64,000 bases of DNA. Origin: Glaucostegus cemiculus. Lineage: Eukaryota. The translations under genes were made by a program, and so were the position numbers. Below, piece by piece: positions 52,015-64,000 of this stretch. A model generated the notes under the pieces. The model saw nothing but the letters and a program-made list of their open reading frames with translations, did no database searches and was not told where the DNA came from. The stretch spans positions 33,666,001 to 33,730,000 of the forward strand of contig CDPCPM010000180.1 in the NCBI GenBank assembly GCA_976551045.1. Direction: 5' to 3'. Positions within the stretch are counted from its first letter, which is position 1, and the number at the start of each line of letters is the position of its first letter.

Positions 52015-52810
52015 TGTCATGGATTCAAGCCCCACTCCGAGACCCAGTCCACGTACCTGTGGAACTGTTCTGGCCAATTTGAGGCCTGGTTCAGCTCTAA
52101 TTCTTGCTAGAGCCAACAGGAATTGTGTTCAGTGCAATAGGGAGTTGACACAGTGGTGTTCTGAGGTAATGGCCCCAGCAATTGGGTAACTGGGTCAAAA
52201 GGGCTGGGTAACCCAGAGGGAGTCCCACATCGTTAGAACTGCAGCTTCGGGATGAGATGTCAGTCAAGTCTTTGTTTGCACTCCGGGGTTATATTAAATT
52301 GTCCCATTGAACTATTTAAAGATGTTCTCCTGATGTCGTAGCCAACATCCTGAAGCTGGACTTTGTCAGAGACACATCAGCTTCTGTCTTTCAATAAATA
52401 GCACCATATTCATAGATGTTCTTCAAGAGTGTTCTCAAAGCCTTCTCAAAATAATGCAACATCTCCACAACTCCTGGGGATTTCATCCTTTGATCACACA
52501 ATGTGGTGAAGAGGTATAGAGAACCTCGAGTCCATGCATCGGGAGCACACAGAAGCCCAGATCTGTGTACCATCTCACAAATGCCCATCCCACTGGGCAC
52601 CTCCTGCTCCAACTGAAAAATCTGAAGTTCCCACATTGGTCTCATCAGTCAAAACAGAACCCACTGAACTGGAGTAGAATCAAGTCATCCTTGATCCTGA
52701 GGGACAGACCAAGAAGACTTGACAGTAAATAATTACTAAGCTTCAGAATTAATTCAATAGATGTGAAGCACCTTTAGCACACTTTAAGGATGAGAAGGTG
52801 CTTCACATCC
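52015..52810 (+). mobile_element. Ancient DeuSINE-like (SacSINE1/AmnSINE1-type) remnant interrupted by an RTE fragment (about 52420-52720)
   Basis: TTCGGGATGAGATGT..CCCATTGAACTATTT..GTTCTCCTGATGTCGTAGCCAACAT resembles the Deu core as recalled; not database-verified. Confidence 0.45.
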
Positions 52811-53331
52811 ATTTCACTGCATTTACTTAAAACTTCACCTGGTGAAACATTTTATAACAATGGCCCAGATTTGGTGGGAAACCACTGGCATTTGCTGTGG
52901 CAACTGAAAACATTCGCCCACCAAACTATCAGCAACTTTGAGATTTCTGTCTGATGGGAGAAGTTCCAAAGTTATGTCAATGCTTCCTTGCCATTCAAGC
53001 TGCTGTGCTTCATTAGAGGAATGTCCTTTCAGATGATGTCAAACAAGATGCCTTAGGATATTAAACTACCCCATATAAATGATGTTGATTATGATAAATT
53101 TTAATGATATATTCAGACCATAACTCCAGCCCCCACCATCACTACCCACTTCCCCTTATCACTCTCTATTTCCTTTCTTTCCCTGAACTTCTCCCTCACC
53201 CCAGCCAGCCATGCACCTCCGTGCTTCAACCACCAACCCTGAGAGGCTGTAGTTCAATGACTTCCTATTTTATGCTGCTGAGGCAGCTCCTTCACTGGAT
53301 TTGGCAGTAAATTTGTACCTGTGTTTTCCAG

Positions 53332-53575
53332 GGGGGTTGATAAATACGTGGAAACGCCGATGGTGTGTTTTAAAGGATGAAACATTCATGTGGTTCCGTT
53401 CGAAACAAGAAGCCCTGAAACAAGGCTGGCTGCAGAAGAAAGGTGGTGGTACCTCAACCCTATCAAGGCGCAACTGGAAGAGGCGCTGGTTTGTGTTGAG
53501 GGAGAGCAAGCTGATGTACTTTGAGAATGACAACGAAGAGAAGCAAAAAGGAACCATCGATATCAGATCTGCAAG
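53332..53575 (+). CDS. MYO10: MYO10 exon (PH1N and PH2): GLINTWKRRWCVLKDETFMWFRSKQEALKQGWLQKKGGGTSTLSRRNWKRRWFVLRESKLMYFENDNEEKQKGTIDIRSA
   Basis: tttccag acceptor, AG|gtaaaa donor; 244 nt. Confidence 0.97.
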
Positions 53576-54293
53576 GTAAAATTCTTTTTAATGAAGCACC
53601 CCTGTTAGAGCTCCGCACAGTAGCATAGCTAGTGGCATTGCTCCCTCACAGTGACAGTGACCCAGGTTCAGTCCTGACGTCCAGTGCTATCTGTGTGGAG
53701 GCTACACCCAGAGAGTGGTTAGCGCATGGAATGCGCTGCCTGGTGTTGTGGTGGAGGCAGATACGTTGGACAGGTTCAAGAGATTGTTAGATAGGCATAT
53801 GGATGAATGTGGAATAGAGGGATATGTGGGAGGAAAGAGTTAGATCGTGTGACTTTTGAAGGACGACACAACTTGGTGGGCCAAAGGGCCTGTTTTGTGC
53901 TGTATTGTTCTATGGTTCTATGGTACACATACTTCCTCTGATCATGTGGGTTTCCATTGGATACTCCCAGTTTCCCCTCATATCCCAAAGGCACATGGGT
54001 TGGTGGGTTAATTAGCTACTGGAAATTGCCTTAGTGGGTAAGTGGATGTTTTAATCTAGGGCGATCGATGGGAATGTTGGGGAGACTAACATGGGATTAG
54101 TGTAAAGAGGGTGCTTGATGGTCAGCATGGGTACAGTGGGCTGAAGGGCCTGTTTCCAGGTTGTCTGACTCTAAGTCTATGAACTGGTTAATAATACCTT
54201 TGTTTCACCTGATTCTTTTATCCAAGTACAGAATTAAATAAGGAACCTGACATTTTGTTGGTACTGATCTCTACTGTTCATTTCTATTTCTAG

Positions 54294-54389
54294 AGAAATT
54301 ATTGATAATGCTGGCAAGGAGAATGGCATTAACATAGTGATAGAAGATCGTGTCTACTACCTTATTGCTGAGACGGCTGAAGATGCCAG
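54294..54389 (+). CDS. MYO10: MYO10 exon (PH2): EIIDNAGKENGINIVIEDRVYYLIAETAEDA
   Basis: tttctag acceptor, AG|gtaagc donor; 96 nt. Confidence 0.94.
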
Positions 54390-54555
54390 GTAAGCATTTC
54401 ATCGTTTAGCTCAGATGCATTTGATAAACTGCTGCAAACTAGACCACATCACTATATTAACACAATTGCTTCTATCCATGAAAGGAATTCAATGGTAACC
54501 ACTAGTGGGCAGACTGTTCTCCTTGTTCAGGTCTCTTCTGATGCAATGGAGTTCA

Positions 54556-54825
54556 GGGTGGCACGATAGCATAGCGGTTAGCACGATGCTGTTACAGCGC
54601 CAGCAATCGGGGTTCGGTTCCCATCGCTGACTGTAAGGAGTTTGTACGTTCTCCCATGTCTGCGTTGGTTTCCTGCGGGTGCTCTGGTTTCCTCCCACAT
54701 TCTAAAAGACGTACGGGTAGGTTAAATTGGGGGTTTAAAATGGGCGGTGTGGACTCATTGGGCTGAAAGGGCCTGTTACCACGTTGTAAATAAAAGCTGT
54801 AAAAAATAAATTAAAAAATAAAATG
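54556..54825 (+). mobile_element. V-SINE (tRNA-derived)
   Basis: GGTGGCACGATAGCATAGCGGTTAGC head, V-domain, CR1-like GGGCCTGTTACC and A-rich tail. Confidence 0.8.
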
Positions 54826-56071
54826 TGGTTAGGTTAAATGAGCAGCTGTTCTTCAAGAGGTACAGTTGTTGAAGGCCATTCATGAAACCAAATCCCTTGG
54901 ATGGGCATCAGGACAATGGACCTTGGGTCAGCAGTGCCTGGTGTCTACCGCCACACCATCCTCCATCATCACCCTGAACATTTTTCACAACCTTCAGCTT
55001 AGCCTCCATTCTGTCAATTAGACATTGTCACATCAGCGAATTTGTTCAACTCATTTCTAACATTTTAGGCAGCCTTTGAGGTCCTTATTTAAATATGTTG
55101 AACTGATTCCAAGGAATGAACAAATCAGATGTCCTCTTCAGCCCCTAGAGAGGCTGGGTGCCAATAATGGGAACCCAGAACACTTAGTTATGAACTGTGA
55201 CTTTTAAAGTTGAACTTGTGCAAGGTCTGTTGCAATAGAATTGGTTGAATGATGTGAAAAGTATGAACTGCTGTGAACCAGCAAGCACTGGCTGTTTCCC
55301 AGAACATTGACATGTCACTGCCGAAAACTTTAAACTATTTTGGTTCTGTTGGAAGTTGGATTCCTGGTTTCTGCCGTTTAGCTGATGTCCATGGTATGTT
55401 TTTCTTTCTCCAATTCTGCTTTTACATGCACTTTATTTCCTTTCTTTACCATTTTCTCTTCCTCTCTTCCTATATAGATTCCCCGGTCTCTGCCAACAAC
55501 TTCCTTCCCTCCCCATCCTTCTCCACCCTCCAGACTCTATTGTCCTTCCTTCTCATTTTAAAGGTCTGGTCAATGTGAGCCTCCTCCTGTCCTACCCCAT
55601 CAATCCCCTTTAATTAAACATTTCCTTCTTTCGCACCTTCTCACTCTTGACCCCAGTTTCTTTCTTTCACACCACTTTCTCCCTCTACCCACTTTCTCTC
55701 TACTTTTTGCCTTACATCCACTCCCAACTTAGTCCCAACTTTCTCCTCTTTTAATTTCTTCCCCGTTCCACCCTTCTGATTCCCTCCCCTCACTTTGTCT
55801 CTACACTTTCTCCATCTCCATTCCCCCACTTCCCCCCCCCCACCCACCCACCCTCTCTCCCTCTCATCTCTGTCCTAGTAGAACATAGAATTTCCTCCTT
55901 CCAATTATTTAAATAAAAGCTAACTTTATTTTCACTGGGTTAATGGGTGGGTGTACACACCATTGGACAGAGTTAGCAGTGGAAGAGTTGAGGGAGCAGG
56001 AACTGGGACAGAGAGTGGGGGAATTGAGAGGGATCTCCTGGTTAATGTCTCTTCCCCTTTCCTTGGTGCAG

Positions 56072-56165
56072 TCAATGGTTTAGTATCCTCAGCCAAGTTC
56101 ATGGATCAACCGATCAAGAGATTAGAGAGATGCACGATGAGCAAGCCAACCCACATAATGCAGTG
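56072..56165 (+). CDS. MYO10: MYO10 exon: QWFSILSQVHGSTDQEIREMHDEQANPHNAV
   Basis: ggtgcag acceptor, GTG|gtgagt donor; 94 nt. Confidence 0.95.
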
Positions 56166-57101
56166 GTGAGTTACTGTTGTCTACCAGCATGACTTCTGTT
56201 CTGGACTTTGTGTTGTAAGGATCAGTAACCAGTATTACATTACAGGTGAAAGTCAATTTGTCACTCTATACAGAGGTATAGCAATGACATAAAGATCTGC
56301 AAGATTGTAAACCCGATTTAATAGATGATGTTTACAGTTTCACTAGAAATGTTACACAGAACTCTTTACATATTTTGCATTTTTCTACAGAGGAGACACA
56401 GGAGACTGTAGATGGTGGAATCTGGAGCAAAAAGTCAAACTGCTGGAGGAACTCAGCAGGTCAGGCAGCATCTGTGGGGCGAAATGGACATTCGGTGTTT
56501 CAGGTTGAGACTGGGTCCAGATGAAGGGTCTCAACTCAAAACCTCCACAGATGCTGCCTGACCCGCTAAGTTCCTCCAGCAGTTTGTGGTTTGTTTTGCC
56601 TCTTTATCAAAAATCTAGTCTATGATTTTATTTTATTTTCAAAGGAAGATGGCTGCTATTAAATGTTCAGGTAAGAGCATGAGAAATAGGAGCAAAACTG
56701 GGCCATTCCACCCCTTAAGTATATTGCACTGTTCAATAAGTACATGGCAGATCCTCCACCTTTGCTTCTAATCCCCAGTGGGATCAAGAGGACCTAAGGG
56801 ATAGCATCAACCACGATTGAATGGAAATGACCCACTCCTCCTATTCCTCCATGTTTGCCACCCTGCCCAGTCACACAGGCTGCCTTTGCAGACTCATTAA
56901 GTCCTCTCACAACTCATATTCCCACCTGTCTTTGTATCTGCAGGTGCAACCAAGCACAATTCACACAAGCTTTGTTTCATGATGAGTAAGCTGCACTAAC
57001 TGCATAGCATTCACTTTAATTTATTATTATTGTTTTCATTGACACTATTTTCCAAGCAAATAATTTAACTAAAGCTACATAGATCATAATGTGCATAATT
57101 A

Positions 57102-57351
57102 CAGGCAACTGCCACATTACAATGAGGTTGTGTTCCTAGAAATTGGTCCATTACTACAAAGCAGTGTCATCTGTGCATGTGTCAAGAAATGCAAGTTGGA
57201 AAAGAAGTTTTGTGTTGATTCATTTACTTTTTCCACATAAATTCCATGACAGCAAATTTTATTCTGGATCTCACGTTTTTGGGTGGTGATTTATGAATTC
57301 TGTAAGTGCAAATTTCCATTACCCAAACAGATGTAACACAGGGCTCCCCTG
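57102..57351. mobile_element. Old Tc1/mariner (MER6/Tigger-like) MITE
   Basis: TA|CAGGCAAC...TTACA and TGTAA...CCCCTG|TA degenerate TIRs. Confidence 0.55.
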
Positions 57352-57498
57352 TATATAGTGATTTTTGATACTAATTATTAAAAAAGTTGAATTTACAGGT
57401 ATAAAATCCTCAATCAAATTGTTCAGCATGGTCATTTCATTTAACTTAAAAATTCTCTCTCTCCCTCTCTCTGTCACTCTTTCTCGCTCTTTCTGTAG

Positions 57499-57554
57499 GG
57501 TACATTGGATGTGGGTCTGATTGATTCGGTCTGTGCTTCAGATAGTCCTGACAG
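57499..57554 (+). CDS. MYO10: MYO10 exon (PH1C): GTLDVGLIDSVCASDSPD
   Basis: long CT tract plus ttctgtag acceptor, AG|gtaatg donor; 56 nt. Confidence 0.95.
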
Positions 57555-58125
57555 GTAATGCGTTTGATTTTTTTCTCATGCAATGAATTTTCAGATATTC
57601 ATTGGCCTGTGAGTTTGTACTACCGAGTCTAATACTTCCCTATTGCAAGGAAGACCAACCGCCCTATTTTTACCAAATATGAGATTTTAGTACAAATGTA
57701 AAAATTCATGAATGCCAGCTGAATGTTCTCTGTCTGATCTTTGCTCAAATGGTGGTGTCAGTAGTATATTTAGAATATGTGTATAATAATGTTTTCAAAC
57801 ATATGTCTTACCAGAGCCTGTATGTAGAGTATTGTAAATGTCTTGAAGGTTGATAAGAAATGGCAAATGAGTCCAATATGTGGTACATTTTGAACAGTCG
57901 CTATGTAAATACATTACATAGCCAGATTTCTTGTTTCATGGTGTTTTTCAGAAAACAATTGATGTAGGTTTCTGAATTTGAAAATAAACATTAAACAGAA
58001 GAAGGAAATAATTAATTCAATGAAATAGCAAAATGGGATTATATCTCAGTCAGCCCACCATATTGTTTTATTTTGTTTAATGTTCATTCAACTCATGCAT
58101 AACTCATACATTTTTGTGCTTGTAG

Positions 58126-58268
58126 ACCCAACTCATTTGTGATTATCACGGCAAACCGCATCTTGCACTGTAATGCAGATACACCAGAGGAGATGCATCA
58201 CTGGATAACCCTACTGCAGAGGGTCAAGGGAGACACAAGAGTAGAGGGTCAGGAGTTCATTGTCAGAG
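58126..58268 (+). CDS. MYO10: MYO10 exon (PH1C): PNSFVIITANRILHCNADTPEEMHHWITLLQRVKGDTRVEGQEFIVR
   Basis: cttgtag acceptor, G|gtaaga donor; 143 nt; the next exon is not found before the window end. Confidence 0.96.
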
Positions 58269-58575
58269 GTAAGAAAGTGGCCAGACAATTAATGATCAGT
58301 CACCAGTCTAAGGTACAAGCAACTTGCTTTTGTCAATCAATTCTGTAATCCAATTAAACCTGATTTTCTTTTTGCTGTGCTTAGTTCTGCCTGTTAAAGG
58401 GGTTCAGTGCCCATCACCTATGCTTACTGGGAATGTTTAACGTCTTCTTTATGCAGTTTTCATATCGTGCAGTCAATAAGGGCCTTGCCAGAAGATCAGG
58501 AATCAGGATGGAGAATAGGGAAGGAGAGAAAATTTTCACAGAAGATTGGGACAATAAGCAGCACTAGAATATGAA

Positions 58576-59757
58576 ATCACAAGATCACAAGACAAGGGAG
58601 CAGAAGTAGGCCATTCAGCCCTTCGAGTCTGCTCCATGAGAAAAGAAAAGATAACATATCTATCCCCAACTTCCAGCCTTATCCCCATATCCCTTGATAC
58701 CTTGATTAATTAGGTACCTATCCAACTCCCCTTTAAATGCCCCCACTGACTGAGCCTCTACAGCTGTATGTGGCAGAGAATTCCACAACTCCACCACCCT
58801 CCGACTAAAGTGATTTCTCCTCATCTCTGTTTTAAACTGGTTCCCTCTGATTCTAAGTCTGTGCCCTCTAGTCTTGGACTCACCTACCAAGGGAAACAGC
58901 CTTTCCACATCCATTCTATCCATTCCCTTCAACATTCTAAATACTTCTATGAGGTCCCCCCTCATTCTAATGTACTCCAACGAGTACAGTCCAAGAGCCA
59001 ATAAACGCTCATCATAGGTAAGCCCTTTCATACCAGGAATCATCCTTGTAAACCTCCTCTGGACCCTCTCCAACATCAGCACATCCCTTCTAAGGTGTGG
59101 GGCCCAAAACTGCACACAGTATTCCAAATGAGGACGTACCAGTGCTCCATAGAGCCTCATCATCGCTTCCCTACTTCTATACACTATACCTCGCGAAATG
59201 AACGCCAACATAGCATTCGCTTTCTTTATCACCGATCCGACCTGGTGGTTGACTTTTAGGGTGTCCTGCACGAGTACCCCCAAGTCCCTTTGTACTTCTG
59301 TACTTCCAATTTTCTCCCCATCTAGATAATAATCTGCCCATTCATTTCTTTTGCCAAAGTGTACTACAGCACATTTGTCAACATTGAATTTCATCTGCCA
59401 TTTCTTTGCCCGTTCACTTAACCTATCCAAGTGTCTCTGCAGCCTTCCTGCCTCTTCTATACTCCCTGCTCCACCGCCAATCTTGGTGTCATCCGCAAAC
59501 TTAGCTACAAAACCATTTACTCCATCATCCAAATTGTTAATATATAAAGTGAAAAGTAGCGGGCCCAACACCGACCCTTGCGGGACACCACTAGTAACTG
59601 GTCGCCATCCAGAACAGGATCCCTTTATTCCTACCCGTTGCTTTCTGCCTACCAGCCAATGCTCGACCCATTTTAATATCTTTCCTGTAATTCCATGCGT
59701 ACTCATCTTATTAATCAACCTCTGATGCGGCACCTTGTCGAAGGCCTTTTGAAAGTC
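58576..59757 (-). mobile_element. Young 5'-truncated CR1-clade LINE, second subfamily
   Basis: Open frame from DFQKAFDKVPH through GVPQGSVLGP and FADDTK to the natural stop; (ATCACAAG)n tail. Confidence 0.92.
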
Positions 59758-61024
59758 TGCACTACTATTGAAATAATGCAGTATTACATTGGCGTGGATC
59801 AAAATGACCTGGGAGAACTTTACAGAACATGGTAAATAAGGTTTTTGAGCTACAGGTACCAGTAGTCATATAGGATTGTGATGTAGCAATGATAACAGAG
59901 ACTTTATGCAAATCAGGACAGGAGTGGGTACTATCTGTTCCCAGGATGATGGGAAGAGACCATGCCTTGGAAGGGTCAAGGCAGAATCTTGTTGGCTAGA
60001 GTTGAGGGCAATAGCAGTGCTACTATTCAACTGGGTGTAGTCTATAGTCCATTGATCAGTGGGAAGAGTATAGATGACCACATTTGCAGGATAACTGCAG
60101 ATAAGTGTAAGGATCTCAGGGAAGGAACGTTAGGGGATTTCAGTAATTGTCACTGTTATAGTACCCAGCGCAGACCAGGAGAGAAATCTCAAAAGTTCTG
60201 AAGTGAGTTTAGCAAATCCACCTTGATTAGTATGAGCCTGCCTCAATGAGGTATTGCTGGATCTTGCTCTGGGTAACAAGGTTATGCAAGCAGAGCAAGT
60301 ACCAGAAGGGAAAGGTTTAAGGAAGAGCAGTCATAATATTGGAAGGTTGAGATTAGCTGTGGAAAAGGACACAGGGAAAACAGACAAAGCTGCAGCTGAA
60401 CAGTGCATTGCCTTTAAAGTGGAGACGGATCAGGTGTGTTCTTGGTGCAGTTTCACTGAGAGAAAGGTGGGACAATGAAAGTCAGAGGCTCCTGGAAGGC
60501 ACAAGAAAGAAAGAGAAAAGTGAAAGAAAAAAGGTGGTGTGGCAGCTATCATACTGAGAGCCAGGCTGAATATAGAAACTAAAGGGGGAAAAGGGCACAC
60601 AGAGAATATTGGGAATACAACCATACACAAAAAGGCATGCAAATAATACAAACAATGAAAAGGTAAGTATGGAGCAGATTGGGGACAAAAGCTGAGACCT
60701 TCTCATGAAGGCAGAGAACTTTGCTGAGGTACTAAATGAGCATTTTCCATCTGATGGTAAAGTCTGCCTGCATGGTCCCAGTAAAAGAGGAACTAGCTGA
60801 TAACTCCTCAGACCTTGCCTGACTTGCTGAGTGCTTCCAGCATGTTCTGTTTTTTTTTTCCAGATTTCCAGCATCTGCAGTTTGTTTATCTGGGGGAAAT
60901 TTCATAACTCTACAGGGAAATATTTACTATAAAGATGTGAGAATCATCTTGTGACTCGATTGTTTTTTAGACATTAAGACTGGCCAGATTGAGTGTTACA
61001 ATCTCTTCATGATATTGTTGGTCA

Positions 61025-62675
61025 GAGTCATAACGTTGTACAGCACAGAAACAGGCCCTTCTGCTCACCACGTCCATGCCGACCTTTTTCCCTGTCTATA
61101 CTAATCCCATTACCCGCATTAGGTTTGATTCCTGCTGTGCCTTGCCTATTCAAGTGCCTGCCTAAATGTCTCTTACACGCAGTAATTGTATCTGGTTCCA
61201 CCATCTCCCCTGCCAGTGAGTTCCAGATATCACTCACTCTGTGTAAATTAAAAAAACTTAACCCTCAAATCCCCTTTTAAAACTCCTCCCTCTCACCTCA
61301 ATCTTATGGCCTATTGTTTTTGCTACCCCTACCATGGGGAAAAGACTCTGACCATCTCTCCTACCTATGTTCCTTATATGCCTTTATCAGGTCACCCCTC
61401 AGTCTCCTTTGCTCCAGGGAAAATAAGTCCAGTTAATGAAATCGCTCCCCATAACTAAAGTCTTGTAATCCAGGCAACATCTTGGTAAATCTCCTCTGCA
61501 TTCTCTCCATTGCACTCATATCTTTCCTATATTGTAGCAACCAGAACTGCACACAATACTCTGTGTTTTGTAAAGTTACAACTTCATGTCCCAACTTTCA
61601 TATTCTATGCACATCCTATGAAGGCAAGCATGCTATATGTCTTCTTCACCACCTAATTGACCTGTGTTGCCACTTTGAGGGATCTGTAGACTTGAACTCC
61701 AAGGTCCTTCTGCTCATCAACATTCCCTAATATCCTACTGTTGACTCAATATACCCTACCCTATATTTGACTTCCCTTGTTCTTGTTGAGATTAATTTCC
61801 ATCTGCCAACACTCCACCCAGTTTTCCATCTGAACTATATCCTGCTGTAGCTTTGGACAACCTTCCTTGGTATCTACAACACCACCAACTTTCTGATCAT
61901 ACCTCCTATATTCATAACCAAGGCATTGATGTATAACACAAACAGAAGGGTCCCAGCACTGGTCACACACACTACCAATCAGAAAAGCATCCTTCCACCA
62001 CTATCCAGCCCTGATGAAGGGTCTCAACCCGGAACATCAACTGTTTATTTCCCTCCATAGATGCTGCATGACCTGCTGAGTTCCTCCAGATTCCAGCATC
62101 TGCAGAATCTCTTGCATCTCTGTGTGTGCTGCCACCACAATCCTTTGCCTCCCACTGGCAAGCCAATTTTGGATCCAATTAACCAGCTCACCTTGGATCC
62201 CGTGTTCCTTCTGGACCAGCTGAAGAGGCATTTGTCAAAGTCCTTACTAAAGTCCATGTGGACAACGTCTGCTGCCTGTCTTCACTAATCTTCTTAGTTG
62301 CAACATGACCTGTGAAATTGTGTAACTGTTCCATCAGTACATTTGAATTGGAGGAAGAAAAATACCCATCACAAGCACAAGACATCCTATCTCATTACAT
62401 ATTTCCCTTTGTTACTTTGTAGAAAGTAACAAAGGGAAATATGCTTTTTTTCAATAACATCTGTGCAACTGACATAAGACTCACCGACCTGTGGTTACCT
62501 GGCTTATCCCTGATGCCTTTCTTAAATAAAGGAACAACATTAGCTATCTTCCAGTCTTCTGGTTCTTCAATCATGGTTAGTGACGAGGCAAAGATCTCAT
62601 TCAAAGCCCCAGCTTTCTCCCCTCTCGCTTCCCAAACCTGGGATGGATCTCATCAGGCCCTGGGGATTTATCAGC
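61025..62675 (-). mobile_element. Decayed CR1 LINE with nested insertions
   Basis: PEDWKIANVVPLFKKG..PGNHRSVSLMSV and MDFSKDFDK remnants plus CR1 tail. Confidence 0.75.
62398..62443. repeat. Perfect inverted repeat, 21-bp arms, 4-nt loop
   Basis: CATATTTCCCTTTGTTACTTT-GTAG-AAAGTAACAAAGGGAAATATG. Confidence 0.95.
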
Positions 62676-62789
62676 ATGGTTATGTACCAATTGGGTCATT
62701 ACTGCAGGCTCAGTTAGTCACATGGGAGTAGGAGTTTGCCTGACCATGAACAAGTAGAGGGAGAATACTCATGGTCTATCAGACCCTAG

Positions 62790-63408
62790 AGTTTCCTCCC
62801 CTCCTTTATGTTTCTGAGACCTGGCTACCAACACCAGGTATCTCAAGTCACTGGAAAGAGACCACCATGCAGTATCTACAAAATCCTCCCAATTCACTGG
62901 AAGGAGAAGCGAGCCAATGTTAGTGCCCTCTCCCAGGCCAATGTCCCCGGTACTAGGCCCCAGTTGCACTCAATCAGCTGCTTTGAGCTGGTCATGTTGT
63001 TCACATGCCTGACTCTAGACTCCTGAGAGACACGCTGTATTTCAGATTCTTTCATGGGAGGAAATTACCAGATTCAGGGATGTGCTCTCAAAGCCTCCTT
63101 GAAGAAGGGCAACATCCCCCTGACTCCTGGGAATCTCTGGCCCATAGGACGCAACATGGAGAAGGAGCATTCAAAATTGTATTGAGAACCTCAAGCCCAT
63201 GCATCAGGAGCACACAGAGGCCCTGTGAAAGTGTCAGAACGAGGACACCACCTCACAAACTGCCCACCTACCCCATCAGGCAGTGCCTGCTGCATCTGTG
63301 GGAGAGTCTGCACTTCCCACATTAGCCTCATTAGCCACCTCAGAACCCACAACACTGAGTGGGAGAAAGTAATTCTTGATCTCAAGGGACTTTCTCAGAA
63401 GAAGACAG
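62790..63408 (+). mobile_element. RTE-clade LINE 3' fragment
   Basis: KILPIHWKEKRANVSALSQANV, C-terminal zinc finger CCICGRVCTSHISLISHLRTH and (AAG)n tail. Confidence 0.75.
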
Positions 63409-64000
63409 CAGGAACATTTAACAAAAAGCACCTTAACCCTTGCACCACTTTCAGCTAGAAGGTACAGCATCTGCATTATAAAAGAACTGCTCCTCACATT
63501 AACCTTACTTGTGGTATTTAATTCAAGCACCACAGATAATATAATGTACTTTTCATCTGTTTCACTGAACCAAAGTATAATGCTAAAGGAGGAAGTTAAT
63601 TTGCAAGAAATTAATGAGCAAAGATTCTTGTTGGGTAGTTTCTAACAAGTTCACAATATTAGAGTTCTATTTGGTGATAGACTTTCAGTCTTTGAAGCTG
63701 ATTTCTGTTCCTGGAATTTACCACTGTTGATGGTTTGCAGATTGTTAATGGTGGTAGTTAATTGACCACAGGGTGGATGAGCTGTAGAATCTGGAACTAG
63801 TGAGTAGGATTGTAGAGTAACAAAAATGAGACTCGTATGTGATTAGCATACATCATGCTTGGTGGCCAGCATGGACTGGTTGGGCCGAAGGGCCTGTTTC
63901 TGTACTATATGATTCCATGACCAATCATCACCACCTTTCTACAAGCTTCTCTCTCTGTCTATGAGCTGTACTTGGTGATTGTGAAAGCATAACACTGTCT

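Larger units (their letters stand above)
758..58268 (+). other. MYO10: Unconventional myosin-X gene, internal portion (22 coding exons; both gene ends lie outside the window)
   Basis: Spliced exons give a continuous frame of about 1108 codons. It contains switch II DIFGFE, relay [18 protein letters not shown] motifs, ESLNFDEIDECVRNIE, the acidic PEST region and nested PH domains (WKRRWCVLK...WKRRWFVLR), all typical of MYO10. All introns are GT-AG. Ortholog versus myo10-like paralog is unresolved. Confidence 0.95.

Noticed and set aside
58269-64000. Next MYO10 exon (GWLHKE..., PH3)
   Set aside because: Not found; the region is repeat-derived intron and the exon presumably lies beyond the window, so no exon loss is claimed.

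Overview
Eukaryotic, AT-rich, CpG-depleted vertebrate DNA. The repeat complement (V-SINE/HE1-like SINEs, CR1/HER1-like LINEs, Penelope-like elements, a DeuSINE) points to a cartilaginous fish, probably a shark or ray (inference). The whole window lies inside one + strand gene, unconventional myosin-X (MYO10 or a myo10-like paralog). I traced 22 consecutive GT-AG coding exons from 758 to 58268. They total 3325 nt with consistent phases and no stop, and encode the C-terminal half of the motor, the converter, three IQ motifs, SAH/coiled coil, the PEST region and split PH1 plus PH2. They appear to match human exons 10-31 (numbering from memory). The introns hold young 5'-truncated CR1 LINEs, a Rex1/Babar-type LINE, a Penelope-like element with an inverted 5' part, RTE and Tx1/L1 fragments, SINEs and Tc1/mariner MITEs. 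There are no prokaryotic features, CRISPR arrays or true RNA genes. Most notable: (1) four unrelated hairpins with 21-22 bp arms, each in or next to a LINE, plus other templated junction scars; (2) a candidate internal promoter and first exon for a 'headless' Myo10; (3) a perfect coding minisatellite (EEQRR)x5 lengthening the SAH lever; (4) hammerhead-ribozyme-like cores in Penelope-derived repeats. Exon coordinates were read base by base; boundaries of decayed repeats are approximate.
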